Positions 1 through 9,695 of a stretch of DNA of 64,000 nt are shown piece after piece (positions within the stretch are counted from its first letter, which is position 1; every line of letters starts with the position of its first letter). The notes below the pieces were generated by a model. That model saw only the letters and a program-made list of their open reading frames with translations, searched no databases and had not been told where the DNA came from. A program made the translations under genes and the position numbers. This DNA comes from Candidatus Omnitrophota bacterium. Its GTDB lineage: Bacteria > Omnitrophota > Gorgyraeia > Duberdicusellales > 4484-171. The DNA is taken from positions 70,160-134,159 of the forward strand of contig JBAWWL010000008.1 of NCBI GenBank assembly GCA_037146775.1, in the 5' to 3' direction.

Positions 1-257
1 AAAGGCGCGATGTGTTTGTGAAGGGATTGAGGGAAATAGGATTCAAGGATATTTATGCGCACGCAACGTTTTATGTGTGGGCAAGGTTACCGGCTGAATA
101 TAAATCTTCGATAGATTTTTCAAAATATTTAATCACGCAAAAAAGAATTATTGCTACCCCGGGGGTTGGCTTCGGAAAATACGGAGAAGGGTTTATCAGG
201 TTTGCGCTTACGGTGGATAAGGCTGTACTCGTTCAGGCGATTGAGAGATTAAAGTGA
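1..257 (+). CDS. C-terminal part of a class I/II PLP aminotransferase (LL-diaminopimelate aminotransferase-like), truncated by the window edge
   Basis: ATFYVW...TPGVGFGKYGEGFIRFAL is the typical DapL/AspC-family C-terminus. Confidence 0.8.
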   Translation, partial: RRDVFVKGLREIGFKDIYAHATFYVWARLPAEYKSSIDFSKYLITQKRIIATPGVGFGKYGEGFIRFALTVDKAVLVQAIERLK

Positions 258-709
258 AAGATGTTTTTATTGGGGTTGGCTCCAATATTGAAGATAGGCG
301 CACATATATCCATCAGGCAATAGAATACTTACGTAAGACGGCCGGAATAGAAGTAGAAAAGATATCTTCTGTAATCGAAACTAAACCTCAGGGAGGCCCT
401 CCGCAGCCCGATTACTTAAACGCAGTTATAAAAATAAAAACTGGCTTGGAAGCGAAAGCGTTATTAGGGATTTTGCAGGGTATCGAAACATTGTTAGGCA
501 GAAAGCGCGCGGTGCAAAATGGGCCGCGAACTATTGATTTGGATATTCTTTTATATGGCGATGAAATTATTAGGCAAGTCGGTTTGGAAGTTCCGCATCC
601 GAGAATGTTTGAGCGTGAATTTGTAATGCGGTCGCTTTCCGAGATTGCTCCGGAAATAACAGGAAGAGTTAATAATTTAAAATCGGAAGCTGAAAGACTA
701 CGGAAATAA
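254..709 (+). CDS. folK: 2-amino-4-hydroxy-6-hydroxymethyldihydropteridine diphosphokinase
   Basis: IGVGSN, YLNAV, GPRTIDLDILLY and PHPRMFEREFV HPPK motifs. Confidence 0.95.
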   Translation: MKDVFIGVGSNIEDRRTYIHQAIEYLRKTAGIEVEKISSVIETKPQGGPPQPDYLNAVIKIKTGLEAKALLGILQGIETLLGRKRAVQNGPRTIDLDILLYGDEIIRQVGLEVPHPRMFEREFVMRSLSEIAPEITGRVNNLKSEAERLRK

Positions 710-710
710 A

Positions 711-1559
711 ATGATTATTACGCGAAGCATATACGCGACAAGGAAGGCTATTGCTCGGGCAAAGGAGAGAAAGGAAAAAATAGGTTTTGTACCAACCATG
801 GGTGCGCTGCATGAAGGTCATCTTTCTCTGGTTCGGCGGGCGGGTAAAGAATGTGATTTTGTGGCAGTAAGTATTTTTGTCAACCCTGCTCAATTTGGCC
901 CGAAAGAAGATTTCAAAAAATACCCCCGTGCGTTCCGTCGCGATAGCGCGTTACTCGGAAAAGAACATGTTGATTTACTTTTTGTTCCATCGGTAAAAGA
1001 AATGTACGATTCGGATTTTTCTACCTATGTTGAGGAGACGTATCTTGGCCGGGTTCTTTGCGGGTTATCCCGCCCGGGGCATTTTAAGGGAGTTTGTACT
1101 GTGGTGACGAAACTTTTTAATATTATTACGCCGGATTTGGCGTATGTCGGCCAAAAAGACTATCAACAGGCGGAAATTATTAGGCGTCTCGTACAAGATC
1201 TGAATTTTCCCGTAACGGTAAGAGTGGCGCCGATTGTCCGGGAAGATGATGGCCTGGCTATAAGTTCACGAAACAAATATTTGAGCGTGTATGAACGTAA
1301 GCAGGCGTTATCGCTTTCTCAGGCATTACGTTTTGCCAAGAATATGATTAGAACTGGAGAGCGTAGCCCCCAGAAGGTAATACGTTGTCTGCGAAATATG
1401 ATTGATGGCTCTAAAGACGCAAAAATTGATTATATTAAAATCATAGATCCCCGTACATTAAGGGACGTTACCCGGATAAAAGGTAAAGTAGCGGTGGTGC
1501 TTGCGGTCTATATTGGGAAAACCAGGCTTATTGATAATGAGGTGATGTATGCGCGATAA
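711..1559 (+). CDS. panC: pantoate--beta-alanine ligase
   Basis: GFVPTMGALHEGHLSL, SIFVNPAQF, RPGHFKGV, GQKDYQQ, SSRN and RLIDN motifs. Confidence 0.97.
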   Translation: MIITRSIYATRKAIARAKERKEKIGFVPTMGALHEGHLSLVRRAGKECDFVAVSIFVNPAQFGPKEDFKKYPRAFRRDSALLGKEHVDLLFVPSVKEMYDSDFSTYVEETYLGRVLCGLSRPGHFKGVCTVVTKLFNIITPDLAYVGQKDYQQAEIIRRLVQDLNFPVTVRVAPIVREDDGLAISSRNKYLSVYERKQALSLSQALRFAKNMIRTGERSPQKVIRCLRNMIDGSKDAKIDYIKIIDPRTLRDVTRIKGKVAVVLAVYIGKTRLIDNEVMYAR

Positions 1560-2364
1560 AAGATTAAAAATCGGTTTAGTCGGTTGCGGAGCCATTGGAG
1601 AAGGGGTCGCTCTTTTCATTGACAGACAATTACGGGAAAAAGCAGTGCTTTGGGCTATAGCGGATAGCGATACCGAAAAAGCCGAGGTTCTCACGGAAAA
1701 GCTTTGCGCGGTTCCTAAGATGCTTAACGTCGATGAGCTGATTAAGGGCGCTGATTTTATTATTGAGGCAGCTTCGGTAAACGCAGCCCGTTATATTTTG
1801 CGTAAGGCAGTCACGCTCAAAAAAAATGTTCTCATTTTGAGCGTTGGTGCCTTGATTGAGGACATGTCAATTCTGGAAAAGGCCAAAAAACGGGGTATCA
1901 ATATCTATGTTCCTTCCGGAGCCATCTGCGGCGTAGACGGCTTGGGTGCGTTGAGTTTGGGGGGTATCAAGCGTATTACCTTGACTACCTCTAAGCCCCC
2001 GAAAGGCCTTTCGGGCATCGATTATTTAAAGAAAAAGGGAATCAGCGTGGCGCACTTAACAAAAGAAAAGGTCATTTTTAGGGGTAATGTTAAAGAGGCT
2101 ATCCGGTATTTTCCGCAGAATATCAATGTCGCCGCCATAATACTTTTAGCTTCTTCATTTCAGAAGGTTGAAGTTTGCATCAAGGCTGATCCCGGAGTAC
2201 AGCGCAACATTCATCGCATCGAGATTGATACGGAAGAGGCAAAGGTAAGTATCGCGATAGAGAACGTTCCGTCAAAAGCAAATCCCAAGACGAGCACTTT
2301 AGCGATTCTTTCTACGCAATATCTACTAAAGAAAATATTTTCGTCTTTTAAAATTGGCAGTTAG
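1549..2364 (+). CDS. nadX: L-aspartate dehydrogenase
   Basis: GCGAIG Rossmann motif, EAAS, SVGAL, PSGAICGVD, FPQNINVAA and NPKTS motifs. Confidence 0.9.
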   Translation: MRDKRLKIGLVGCGAIGEGVALFIDRQLREKAVLWAIADSDTEKAEVLTEKLCAVPKMLNVDELIKGADFIIEAASVNAARYILRKAVTLKKNVLILSVGALIEDMSILEKAKKRGINIYVPSGAICGVDGLGALSLGGIKRITLTTSKPPKGLSGIDYLKKKGISVAHLTKEKVIFRGNVKEAIRYFPQNINVAAIILLASSFQKVEVCIKADPGVQRNIHRIEIDTEEAKVSIAIENVPSKANPKTSTLAILSTQYLLKKIFSSFKIGS

Positions 2365-2377
2365 TTATATAATATAT

Positions 2378-2560
2378 AAATTCTAAATACGAAACAGCAA
2401 CGGTTCGACTGCGCTCACTATTAATCCTGAGCTAAGTCGAAGGGCTAAATCCTAAACAAATCCGAAACGCAAAATTCCAAACTTGAAATTGATGTTTGTG
2501 GTTTGAGGTTTATGATTTCGAATTTGTTTGAGAGTTTCGGATTTAGGGTTTAGAGTTTAA
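2378..2560. repeat. intergenic imperfect palindrome of ~7-nt AAATCC/TAAAC-type units with a nested REP-like TTCGACTGCGCTCAC...CCTGAGCTAAGTCGAAGG element
   Basis: Left arm CTAAATCCTAAACAAATCCGAAAC is mirrored by GTTTCGGATTTAGGGTTTAG; inner TTCGACT/AGTCGAA inverted pair at 2404-2441. Confidence 0.6.
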
Positions 2561-2562
2561 CT

Positions 2563-5385
2563 ATGATAAATGATTATATTATTATTAAGGGCGCAAAAGA
2601 GCACAATTTAAAAAATATAGATCTCAAGATACCCAAGAACAAACTTATCTGTATTACCGGTCTTTCCGGTTCCGGAAAATCATCATTGGCTTTTGATACT
2701 ATCTATGCGGAAGGCCAACGGCGTTATGTCGAAAGTCTTTCCAGTTATGCCCGCCAGTTTCTCGAACAATTACATAAACCCGAAGTGGAACATATCGAGG
2801 GCTTATCTCCGGCGATTGCCATAGAACAGCGTACCGCCGGAGGTTCTCCGCGTTCTATCGTGGCTACTCAGACCGAAGTGTATGATTATCTGCGTTTGCT
2901 TTTTGCGCGTATCGGTAAACCGCATTGCTATAAATGCGGCAAGTCTATCACTCGCCAGACTTCTCAGGAAATCATCGACCAAATACTTGCTTTTCCTCAT
3001 AATGACAAAATCTATATTCTTTCTCCTGTAGTAATGGGTAAAAAGGGGGAATATAGTGCGCTTTTTGCCCGTTTGCTTAAGGAGGGATTTGCACGTGTCC
3101 GCGTGGATGGCTTGGTATATGAACTAACCGAAAAGATTACATTGGAAAAATACAAGATTCATACTATCGAGATTGTTGTTGACCGGATACAGGTTTCGGC
3201 AAATTACAAGAAACGTATCGCCGATTCTGTTGAAACTGCCATTAAGCATTCGCAAGGTTTAGTGCTTGTGTATGACGAAACACGGCAGAAAGATTTTTTA
3301 TTCAATACCCGTTTAAGTTGTTCTTCTTGCGGTGTGTCTATCGGTGATTTAGAGCCGAGGATGTTCAGTTTTAATTCTCCTTACGGAGCGTGTCCGGCTT
3401 GTAACGGTTTAGGCACGAAATTGGAATTTGATATTGATTTTATTATACCGGATAAGCAAAGAACTCTCGGAGAAGGCGCTATCGAGGCTTGGCATAGAGG
3501 AACAAGGGGTTATGTCATGTTTCATCGGGCGCTGTTACGTGAATTTGCCCGCGAAGCGCGTATTTCTTTGGATACTCCTTTTAGCAAGTTAGAGAAAGAG
3601 ATACGCAGCAAACTTCTTTATGGCAGCGATGATCTTTGGGTTTGGAATAAACCGTTTGAAGGAGTCATTCCGCGTCTGGAGCGATTATTCCGGAGTACGG
3701 ATAGTGAATATATAAGAGAAGAAGTGGCCAAATATATGTCAAAGTTACCTTGCCCCGAATGCGGCGGAGCGCGTCTACGAAAAGAAAGCTTGGCGATACG
3801 TATAGGTAATAAATCTATCTGGGATATTATACATATGAGTATCGGCGAATGTTTTGAATTTTTTACAAAGTTGAGCTTAACAGACTACGAAGAAAAGATT
3901 GCGCATTATATCGTGAAGGAAATAAAAAAGCGGTTTATATTTTGCATTGATGTAGGTTTGAACTATTTATCGCTGGATCGCTTGAGCTCAACGTTATCCG
4001 GCGGAGAGGCGCAACGTATCCGGCTCGCAACGCAGGTTGGTTCTTCTCTTTCTGGGGTTATTTACATTTTGGATGAACCAACGATAGGATTGCATCCTCG
4101 CGACGACAAGAAGCTTATTAATACCTTGAAAAATTTGCGCGTACTGGGTAATACCGTCATTGTGGTAGAGCATGACGAACAGATGATCTATGCAAGTGAT
4201 TGGCTGGTCGATCTTGGCCCGGGTGCAGGAGCGGGCGGCGGGCGGATAGTTTATAACGGAGAGCGTCGAGGCGTGCGCACCGCAGATACTCTTACCGCAA
4301 AATATTTGCGCGGCGAAGAGAAAATAGAAGTACCGTTGAGGCGCCGGGCCTATCAAGAAAAGCCGCGCCTTGTTGTCCGTAAAGCCAGAGAGCATAATTT
4401 AAAGAACATTGATATTACGATTCCGCTAGAGTCGTTTGTCTGTGTTACCGGAGTTTCAGGTTCAGGAAAATCAACGCTTGTTGAGGATATTTTATACAAA
4501 GCTTTAGCACATACCCTCTATAAGAGCAGAGAGAAGGCCGGCGCGCACTTAAAAATTGAAGGTCTTAATAATATTGATAAAGTGATTATTGTGGACCAGT
4601 CTCCGATCGGCAGAACCCCGCGTTCTAATCCGGTAACGTATACCGGTGTTTTTACGCATATACGGGAAGTTTTCAGCCAGTTACCTGAGGCAAAAGTCCG
4701 GGGTTATACGCCTTCCCGTTTTAGTTTCAACGTGTCGGGCGGCCGCTGTGAAGGGTGTCAGGGTGATGGCACAAAAAAAATCGAGATGCATTTTCTTCCT
4801 GACGTATATGTGCCTTGTGAAATTTGCGCCGGAAAACGGTTTAATAAGCAAACACTGGAAGTTACCTTCAAAGGGAAAAACATTTATGACGTATTGGAGA
4901 TGAATGTTGACGAGGCGTACGAGTTATTTGAGAATTTTCCTCGGATACGCATTGTTCTGGAGACCATCAAAGATGTGGGCCTGGGGTATATCACTCTTGG
5001 TCAATCTGCCACAACACTTTCCGGAGGCGAAGCGCAACGAATCAAGCTTGCGGCACAGCTACGCAAGAAAGCGACGGGCAAAACGTTATATATTCTTGAT
5101 GAGCCGACGACGGGTTTGCATTTCGATGATGTGAAAAAACTGCTTTCGGTATTGCAGCGTTTGGTTGATAAGAAAAACACTGTTTTAGTTATTGAACACA
5201 ACCTGGATGTGATAAAATGTGCTGACTATATTATTGATCTAGGGCCTGAGGGCGGAGAAGGCGGTGGCTATTTGGTCTCTAGCGGGACTCCCGAGGAGAT
5301 TATAAAGTGCAGCGCTTCGTACACCGGAAAATTCTTAAAGGAAAAGTTAAAAACAAAACACGGAATAGCACTATGCCGAAATTAA
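2563..5385 (+). CDS. uvrA: excinuclease ABC subunit A
   Basis: Two ABC ATPase domains (GLSGSGKSSLAFDTIYAEGQRRY; GVSGSGKST; LSGGEAQR twice) and zinc fingers. Confidence 0.98.
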   Translation: MINDYIIIKGAKEHNLKNIDLKIPKNKLICITGLSGSGKSSLAFDTIYAEGQRRYVESLSSYARQFLEQLHKPEVEHIEGLSPAIAIEQRTAGGSPRSIVATQTEVYDYLRLLFARIGKPHCYKCGKSITRQTSQEIIDQILAFPHNDKIYILSPVVMGKKGEYSALFARLLKEGFARVRVDGLVYELTEKITLEKYKIHTIEIVVDRIQVSANYKKRIADSVETAIKHSQGLVLVYDETRQKDFLFNTRLSCSSCGVSIGDLEPRMFSFNSPYGACPACNGLGTKLEFDIDFIIPDKQRTLGEGAIEAWHRGTRGYVMFHRALLREFAREARISLDTPFSKLEKEIRSKLLYGSDDLWVWNKPFEGVIPRLERLFRSTDSEYIREEVAKYMSKLPCPECGGARLRKESLAIRIGNKSIWDIIHMSIGECFEFFTKLSLTDYEEKIAHYIVKEIKKRFIFCIDVGLNYLSLDRLSSTLSGGEAQRIRLATQVGSSLSGVIYILDEPTIGLHPRDDKKLINTLKNLRVLGNTVIVVEHDEQMIYASDWLVDLGPGAGAGGGRIVYNGERRGVRTADTLTAKYLRGEEKIEVPLRRRAYQEKPRLVVRKAREHNLKNIDITIPLESFVCVTGVSGSGKSTLVEDILYKALAHTLYKSREKAGAHLKIEGLNNIDKVIIVDQSPIGRTPRSNPVTYTGVFTHIREVFSQLPEAKVRGYTPSRFSFNVSGGRCEGCQGDGTKKIEMHFLPDVYVPCEICAGKRFNKQTLEVTFKGKNIYDVLEMNVDEAYELFENFPRIRIVLETIKDVGLGYITLGQSATTLSGGEAQRIKLAAQLRKKATGKTLYILDEPTTGLHFDDVKKLLSVLQRLVDKKNTVLVIEHNLDVIKCADYIIDLGPEGGEGGGYLVSSGTPEEIIKCSASYTGKFLKEKLKTKHGIALCRN

Positions 5386-7841
5386 GACGAATAGTATTGG
5401 TGGTGGCACTTCTTTTTTGCTGTGGTCAGTTATGCTTTCCGGCTGATAAAGATAAGGAAGAAGAAAAGTTTTTTATCTCAGCAAAAGCTTTCTCTGATGG
5501 TTTCTATGATGCGAGTCTCTCCCTTTTTAAGCGTTTTCTTGAAGAATATCCTCAGAGTAAAAATATACTGACCGCAAAACTATATGTGGCGAAGTGTTAT
5601 TATTTCAAGGAAGACTACACGCATTCTTTAGAGGTGCTTACGGAACTTGAAAAAACAACCGCGGCGGAGGTAAATACCGAGGAGGTTTTGTACTGGCTGG
5701 CCGAAGTTTATTTTAAGGGAAAAAATTACGCCAATACGATTCGTTATACAACGAATATTATCGAAAACTATCCTTCTTCGAAATTCATGTGGCGCGTTTA
5801 CTATCTTAAAGCTGCCAGTTTGGCAGAATCGGGAGAGGGGCTAAAGGCGCAAGAGTTGTTTGAGAAGATAGTCGAAAAGTGCAAAGACAAAGATATCGCG
5901 GAAGGTGCGTATGCACAATTGCTTAGCTGGTACTTTCAGCAGAAAGAGTATGTCCAGCTTATTTCGCTGGGAGAAAAATATCTTAAATATGCCCCCAAAG
6001 GCCCTTCAGCTGCGAAGGTATATTTTTATCTTGGTGAAAGTTATTATGCCAGAAAAGACATGGAGAAATCCGTTGCTAATTATCAACGCGCATTGAATAT
6101 CAGTATAGATGCGCACTTGAACGATCTTATCAGGCAGGGGCTTGGGTTTGCGTATCTGGCCAAGGATGACAGTCAGCAGGCAAAACGCATCATTGATTCG
6201 ATTGAAAGCGCTCAGCTACGTCTTTTTTGTCAGGGTGTATATTATTTTAAATTGAAAGACTATACAAAAGCTCTGGAAAACTTTGATGTATTCTTGAAGA
6301 CGTTCGGACAAAGCAATATTGTTGCCAATGTATATCTTAATAAAGCAGATGCGTTGTATGAGATGGGTAGGATCAACGATTCGCTCTACGCCTATCAGTA
6401 TGTGCTGAATAATTTTAAAGGTAGTACCTACTCGGATATCGTCGACAAAACACATTACGGGTTGGCGTGGTGCTTTTTAAAACAGGGAGAATTTAAGAAG
6501 GCGATCGAGGAGTTCAAAAATACGCTCAAATTTACGAATAATGCCATAGTCATGGTAAGTTCGCAGATCCAGATTGCCGACGCATATCAGGAGGCCGAAA
6601 ACTATAATCAGGCATTGGACATGTATAACGAAATATTGAACAATAACCCGAATACAATATATGCAGATTATATTCAGTTTCAGATAGGCATGATTTTCCT
6701 TAAAACGAAAAAGTTAGAAGAGTCGCTTCTTGCGCTTAAGAATTTGCAAACTGGTTTTCCTTCGTCAAAGCTCATTCCTCAAGCGCAATATTATTTAGCA
6801 GTCGGCTATTTCAGCAGCGAAGCATATCAGGAAGCGAGGAGTCTTCTGGAAGATTTCTTTAAAAAGTTTCCGCAAAGCGATTTAATGGCAAAAGCGCAGT
6901 ATCTTTACGGTAAATGTTTCTTTAACGAGAAGAATTATGAAAAGGCTGCCGACATATTTAGGGCGATGATCGGTAAATACAGCGATAAAGAAATGGAAGA
7001 GCTGGTGTATATCGATTTGGGCAATTGCTATTTGAATCTTTCGTTGTACGACAAAGCTAAAGATGTATGGGGCCAGTTTCTCGCTAAATTTAGCCAATCA
7101 TCATATGCGGCTTGCGTATCGTTATATCTGGGTGGTTTGTATGAGCGGGAAAAAAACTATCCGGAGGCCGAACGGTATTATCAACAAGTGGTGACTCAAT
7201 ATGCTTCGTCGAATTGGGCCAAAGAAGCGTATGTTTCTTTGGGGCATCTTTACTGGTCGAGAGGAGACTTGGATAGAGCGGAAACATATTTTAAGAAAGT
7301 GCAGGATAAAGATAGCCCGCTTTCGTCAAAAAGTAAATTGTATCTGGCTAAGATTTATATGCAAAAGGGAGCCGCACAGGATGCGCTCGTGCTTTACGAT
7401 GAGCTTATTTCTTCCGGGGCGGATGTTTCAAGGATAGCAACACTGGAAAAAGCATATGCGCTTAAGGATATTAAAGAATATAGCCGGGCGATACCGTTAT
7501 TCCGGCAAGTGATAGATGCGGGTATGGATTCGCCTAAAATTCGTTTTTCGCTGGGGACGTGCCTGGAGAAGACAAATCAAAATAAAGAGGCGATTGACGA
7601 GTATTTCAAGGCGGCATATATCTTTTCGAAAGATACGCCAGAAGAACCGGTTACGGATAGCGAGGAGTATACTGTCAAAGCATATTTTCGTGTTGCAAAA
7701 ATTTATGAAAAAGAAAATAAAACAGCAGCTGCAATAGAGATTTATAAAAAAATAGTCGGTTCGGACACAGAAGAAGCGAAAATCGCCAAAGAGCGGCTGG
7801 AAGAGTTAGGAAAAAGCCAAAAAACGCATACGGAAAATTAA
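5373..7841 (+). CDS. secreted multi-TPR protein (BamD/YbgF-like repeats)
   Basis: Signal peptide after ATG 5373, many A..Y.LG..YF...Y..A...F......P.S repeats; directly upstream of exbB/exbD. Confidence 0.85.
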   Translation: MPKLRRIVLVVALLFCCGQLCFPADKDKEEEKFFISAKAFSDGFYDASLSLFKRFLEEYPQSKNILTAKLYVAKCYYFKEDYTHSLEVLTELEKTTAAEVNTEEVLYWLAEVYFKGKNYANTIRYTTNIIENYPSSKFMWRVYYLKAASLAESGEGLKAQELFEKIVEKCKDKDIAEGAYAQLLSWYFQQKEYVQLISLGEKYLKYAPKGPSAAKVYFYLGESYYARKDMEKSVANYQRALNISIDAHLNDLIRQGLGFAYLAKDDSQQAKRIIDSIESAQLRLFCQGVYYFKLKDYTKALENFDVFLKTFGQSNIVANVYLNKADALYEMGRINDSLYAYQYVLNNFKGSTYSDIVDKTHYGLAWCFLKQGEFKKAIEEFKNTLKFTNNAIVMVSSQIQIADAYQEAENYNQALDMYNEILNNNPNTIYADYIQFQIGMIFLKTKKLEESLLALKNLQTGFPSSKLIPQAQYYLAVGYFSSEAYQEARSLLEDFFKKFPQSDLMAKAQYLYGKCFFNEKNYEKAADIFRAMIGKYSDKEMEELVYIDLGNCYLNLSLYDKAKDVWGQFLAKFSQSSYAACVSLYLGGLYEREKNYPEAERYYQQVVTQYASSNWAKEAYVSLGHLYWSRGDLDRAETYFKKVQDKDSPLSSKSKLYLAKIYMQKGAAQDALVLYDELISSGADVSRIATLEKAYALKDIKEYSRAIPLFRQVIDAGMDSPKIRFSLGTCLEKTNQNKEAIDEYFKAAYIFSKDTPEEPVTDSEEYTVKAYFRVAKIYEKENKTAAAIEIYKKIVGSDTEEAKIAKERLEELGKSQKTHTEN

Positions 7842-7850
7842 GGAGGTACG

Positions 7851-8477
7851 ATGTGGCAGTGGATTGAGAAAGGCGGGCCGGTCATGATACCGATCATTCT
7901 TTGTTCCGTGGTGACTCTTACCATCATTGTGGAGCGATTTATTTTTTATCATAGCCGCATCCGATTTGATACCCAGGCGCTTCTTGAAAAGATTCTTGGC
8001 TATGTACGCAAGAACAGGATCACTGAAGCTATTGATCTTTGCGAAAAGAACCCTTACTATGTTACCAACATTCTGAAAGCCGGCCTGCTTCATCACGAGG
8101 ATTCCAGGGATATTGTTAAGGATGCTATGGAAAATGTTTCGCTCTATGAAATACCGAAATTAGAGCAGAATATAAGTTTTTTGGGCGCAATCGCTTCTCT
8201 CGCGCCTTTACTGGGATTCTTGGGAACCGCGGTAGGATTCTTGCGTTGTTTTTATGTTATTGAAAAAAAACTTGGGATCGCAACGTTCGCCGATCTTTCG
8301 ATGGGAATATGGGAGGCTCTGGTGACTACGGTATTCGGTTTATGTGTGGCAATATTCAGCTACAGCGCATATCGATACTTTTTGCACAGAGTAGGACTTT
8401 ATATGTTAGACGCACAGCGGGCGGAAAGTGAATTATTGGAAGTGCTCGCCCAACGTAAATATGTTAATGAAGTATAA
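7851..8477 (+). CDS. MotA/TolQ/ExbB proton channel family protein
   Basis: GGPVMIPI N-terminal TM, APLLGFLGT, GIWEALVTTVFGL; AGGAGG RBS. Confidence 0.9.
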   Translation: MWQWIEKGGPVMIPIILCSVVTLTIIVERFIFYHSRIRFDTQALLEKILGYVRKNRITEAIDLCEKNPYYVTNILKAGLLHHEDSRDIVKDAMENVSLYEIPKLEQNISFLGAIASLAPLLGFLGTAVGFLRCFYVIEKKLGIATFADLSMGIWEALVTTVFGLCVAIFSYSAYRYFLHRVGLYMLDAQRAESELLEVLAQRKYVNEV

Positions 8478-8859
8478 AGGAGTTCACGAGCAGCAGATTA
8501 ACTTTGAACTATTCCATGGTATTGCATTTGCCAATATCGCGCTCTTATTGCTTCTTTTTTTTATGTTATACTCTTCTTTGTCTGGCACGCTCGGCATAAC
8601 GCTTAAATTCCCGCGTTTTTTGACTTCCCAGGATATGCCACAACAGATGTTTACGCTCGCCATTTCGGCTAACGGCAAAATATTTGCGCTCAATAAATTT
8701 GTTGATAGCGATACTCTCGAGCGTATGATAAAAACGGGTCACTATACGGCCGTATTTATCAAGGCTGACAGTAAAACCAGCTTAGCGGCGCTTACGGCTG
8801 TATGGGAGATATGTAAAAAGGCAGGAGTAGAAAGAATAGGGATCGCTACCGGAAAATAA
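8467..8859 (+). CDS. ExbD/TolR biopolymer transport protein
   Basis: Single TM (NIALLLLLFFML), IKAD motif, follows exbB. Confidence 0.8.
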   Translation: MKYKGVHEQQINFELFHGIAFANIALLLLLFFMLYSSLSGTLGITLKFPRFLTSQDMPQQMFTLAISANGKIFALNKFVDSDTLERMIKTGHYTAVFIKADSKTSLAALTAVWEICKKAGVERIGIATGK

Positions 8860-8869
8860 TATACTACAT

Positions 8870-9631
8870 ATGTATCCAGTCCTTTTGAAAATAGGTTCAA
8901 TCACCATATATACGTATGGTTTTTTGGTGTTTATAGGGGTATTGTGCGGTTATGTTGTCTGTATGCGGGAAGCCCAAAGGCAGCAGATAAACCGGCAGGT
9001 ATTTTCAGACATATTTTTTTGGACCGTGTTTATCGGTTTTATTGGCGCACGGTTTTCTTATCTCGTTATCGAATACAAAAGTTTTTTTGAAGATCCTCTG
9101 GGCCTGCTTTTTAACCGAGGCGGTTTCGTTTTCTACGGCGGTGTCCTAAGCGGCTTTTTGGCTGCTTTTTTGTTAACCAAGAAATATCGTATTCCTTTTT
9201 TATCATTTTTGGATATCATGGCAGTAGGGATCCCTTTGGGGCATGCTTTTGGGAGGTTGGGGTGTTTCTCGTATGGCTGTTGTTACGGCCGCGCAACCGG
9301 CTCATCCTGGGGAGTAGTTTTCCCCTTAGATTCCCCGGCAGGTTACCACTATCCAACCATGAAACTTATTCCTGCTCAACTCATTGAAGCATTTTTCCTT
9401 CTTGCTGTTTTTGCTATACTGCTTATTTTTAGAAAAAGAAAACGGTTTAATGGACAGCTTTTTCTTATCTATCTGATAAGTTATGGGTTTTTGCGGTTTA
9501 TTGTTGAATTCTTTAGGGGTGATTTAAGGGGCGAATTATTTTCTTTGTCGACTTCCCAAATTATTGCTATCATCTTATTGCTGTGTAGTTTTGTGTGGTG
9601 GCGTCGCTGGAGTTCCGGGAAACATCCGTAA
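8870..9631 (+). CDS. lgt: prolipoprotein diacylglyceryl transferase
   Basis: YTYG, GAR, GGFVFYGG, GRLGCF..GCCYG, P.QL.E and RFIVEFFRGD motifs. Confidence 0.95.
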   Translation: MYPVLLKIGSITIYTYGFLVFIGVLCGYVVCMREAQRQQINRQVFSDIFFWTVFIGFIGARFSYLVIEYKSFFEDPLGLLFNRGGFVFYGGVLSGFLAAFLLTKKYRIPFLSFLDIMAVGIPLGHAFGRLGCFSYGCCYGRATGSSWGVVFPLDSPAGYHYPTMKLIPAQLIEAFFLLAVFAILLIFRKRKRFNGQLFLIYLISYGFLRFIVEFFRGDLRGELFSLSTSQIIAIILLLCSFVWWRRWSSGKHP

Positions 9632-9695
9632 GTATTCTTTAAAATTGGTAGGCGGTTTATCTAGCGGCGGCAAGGACAGATATAAGAGATTATAT

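Noticed and set aside
5307-5372. Extended N-termini given by the ORF track (5307, 8428, 9564, 33507, 48575, 52069)
   Set aside because: Downstream ATGs fit the family N-termini and avoid long overlaps, so the starts were adjusted.
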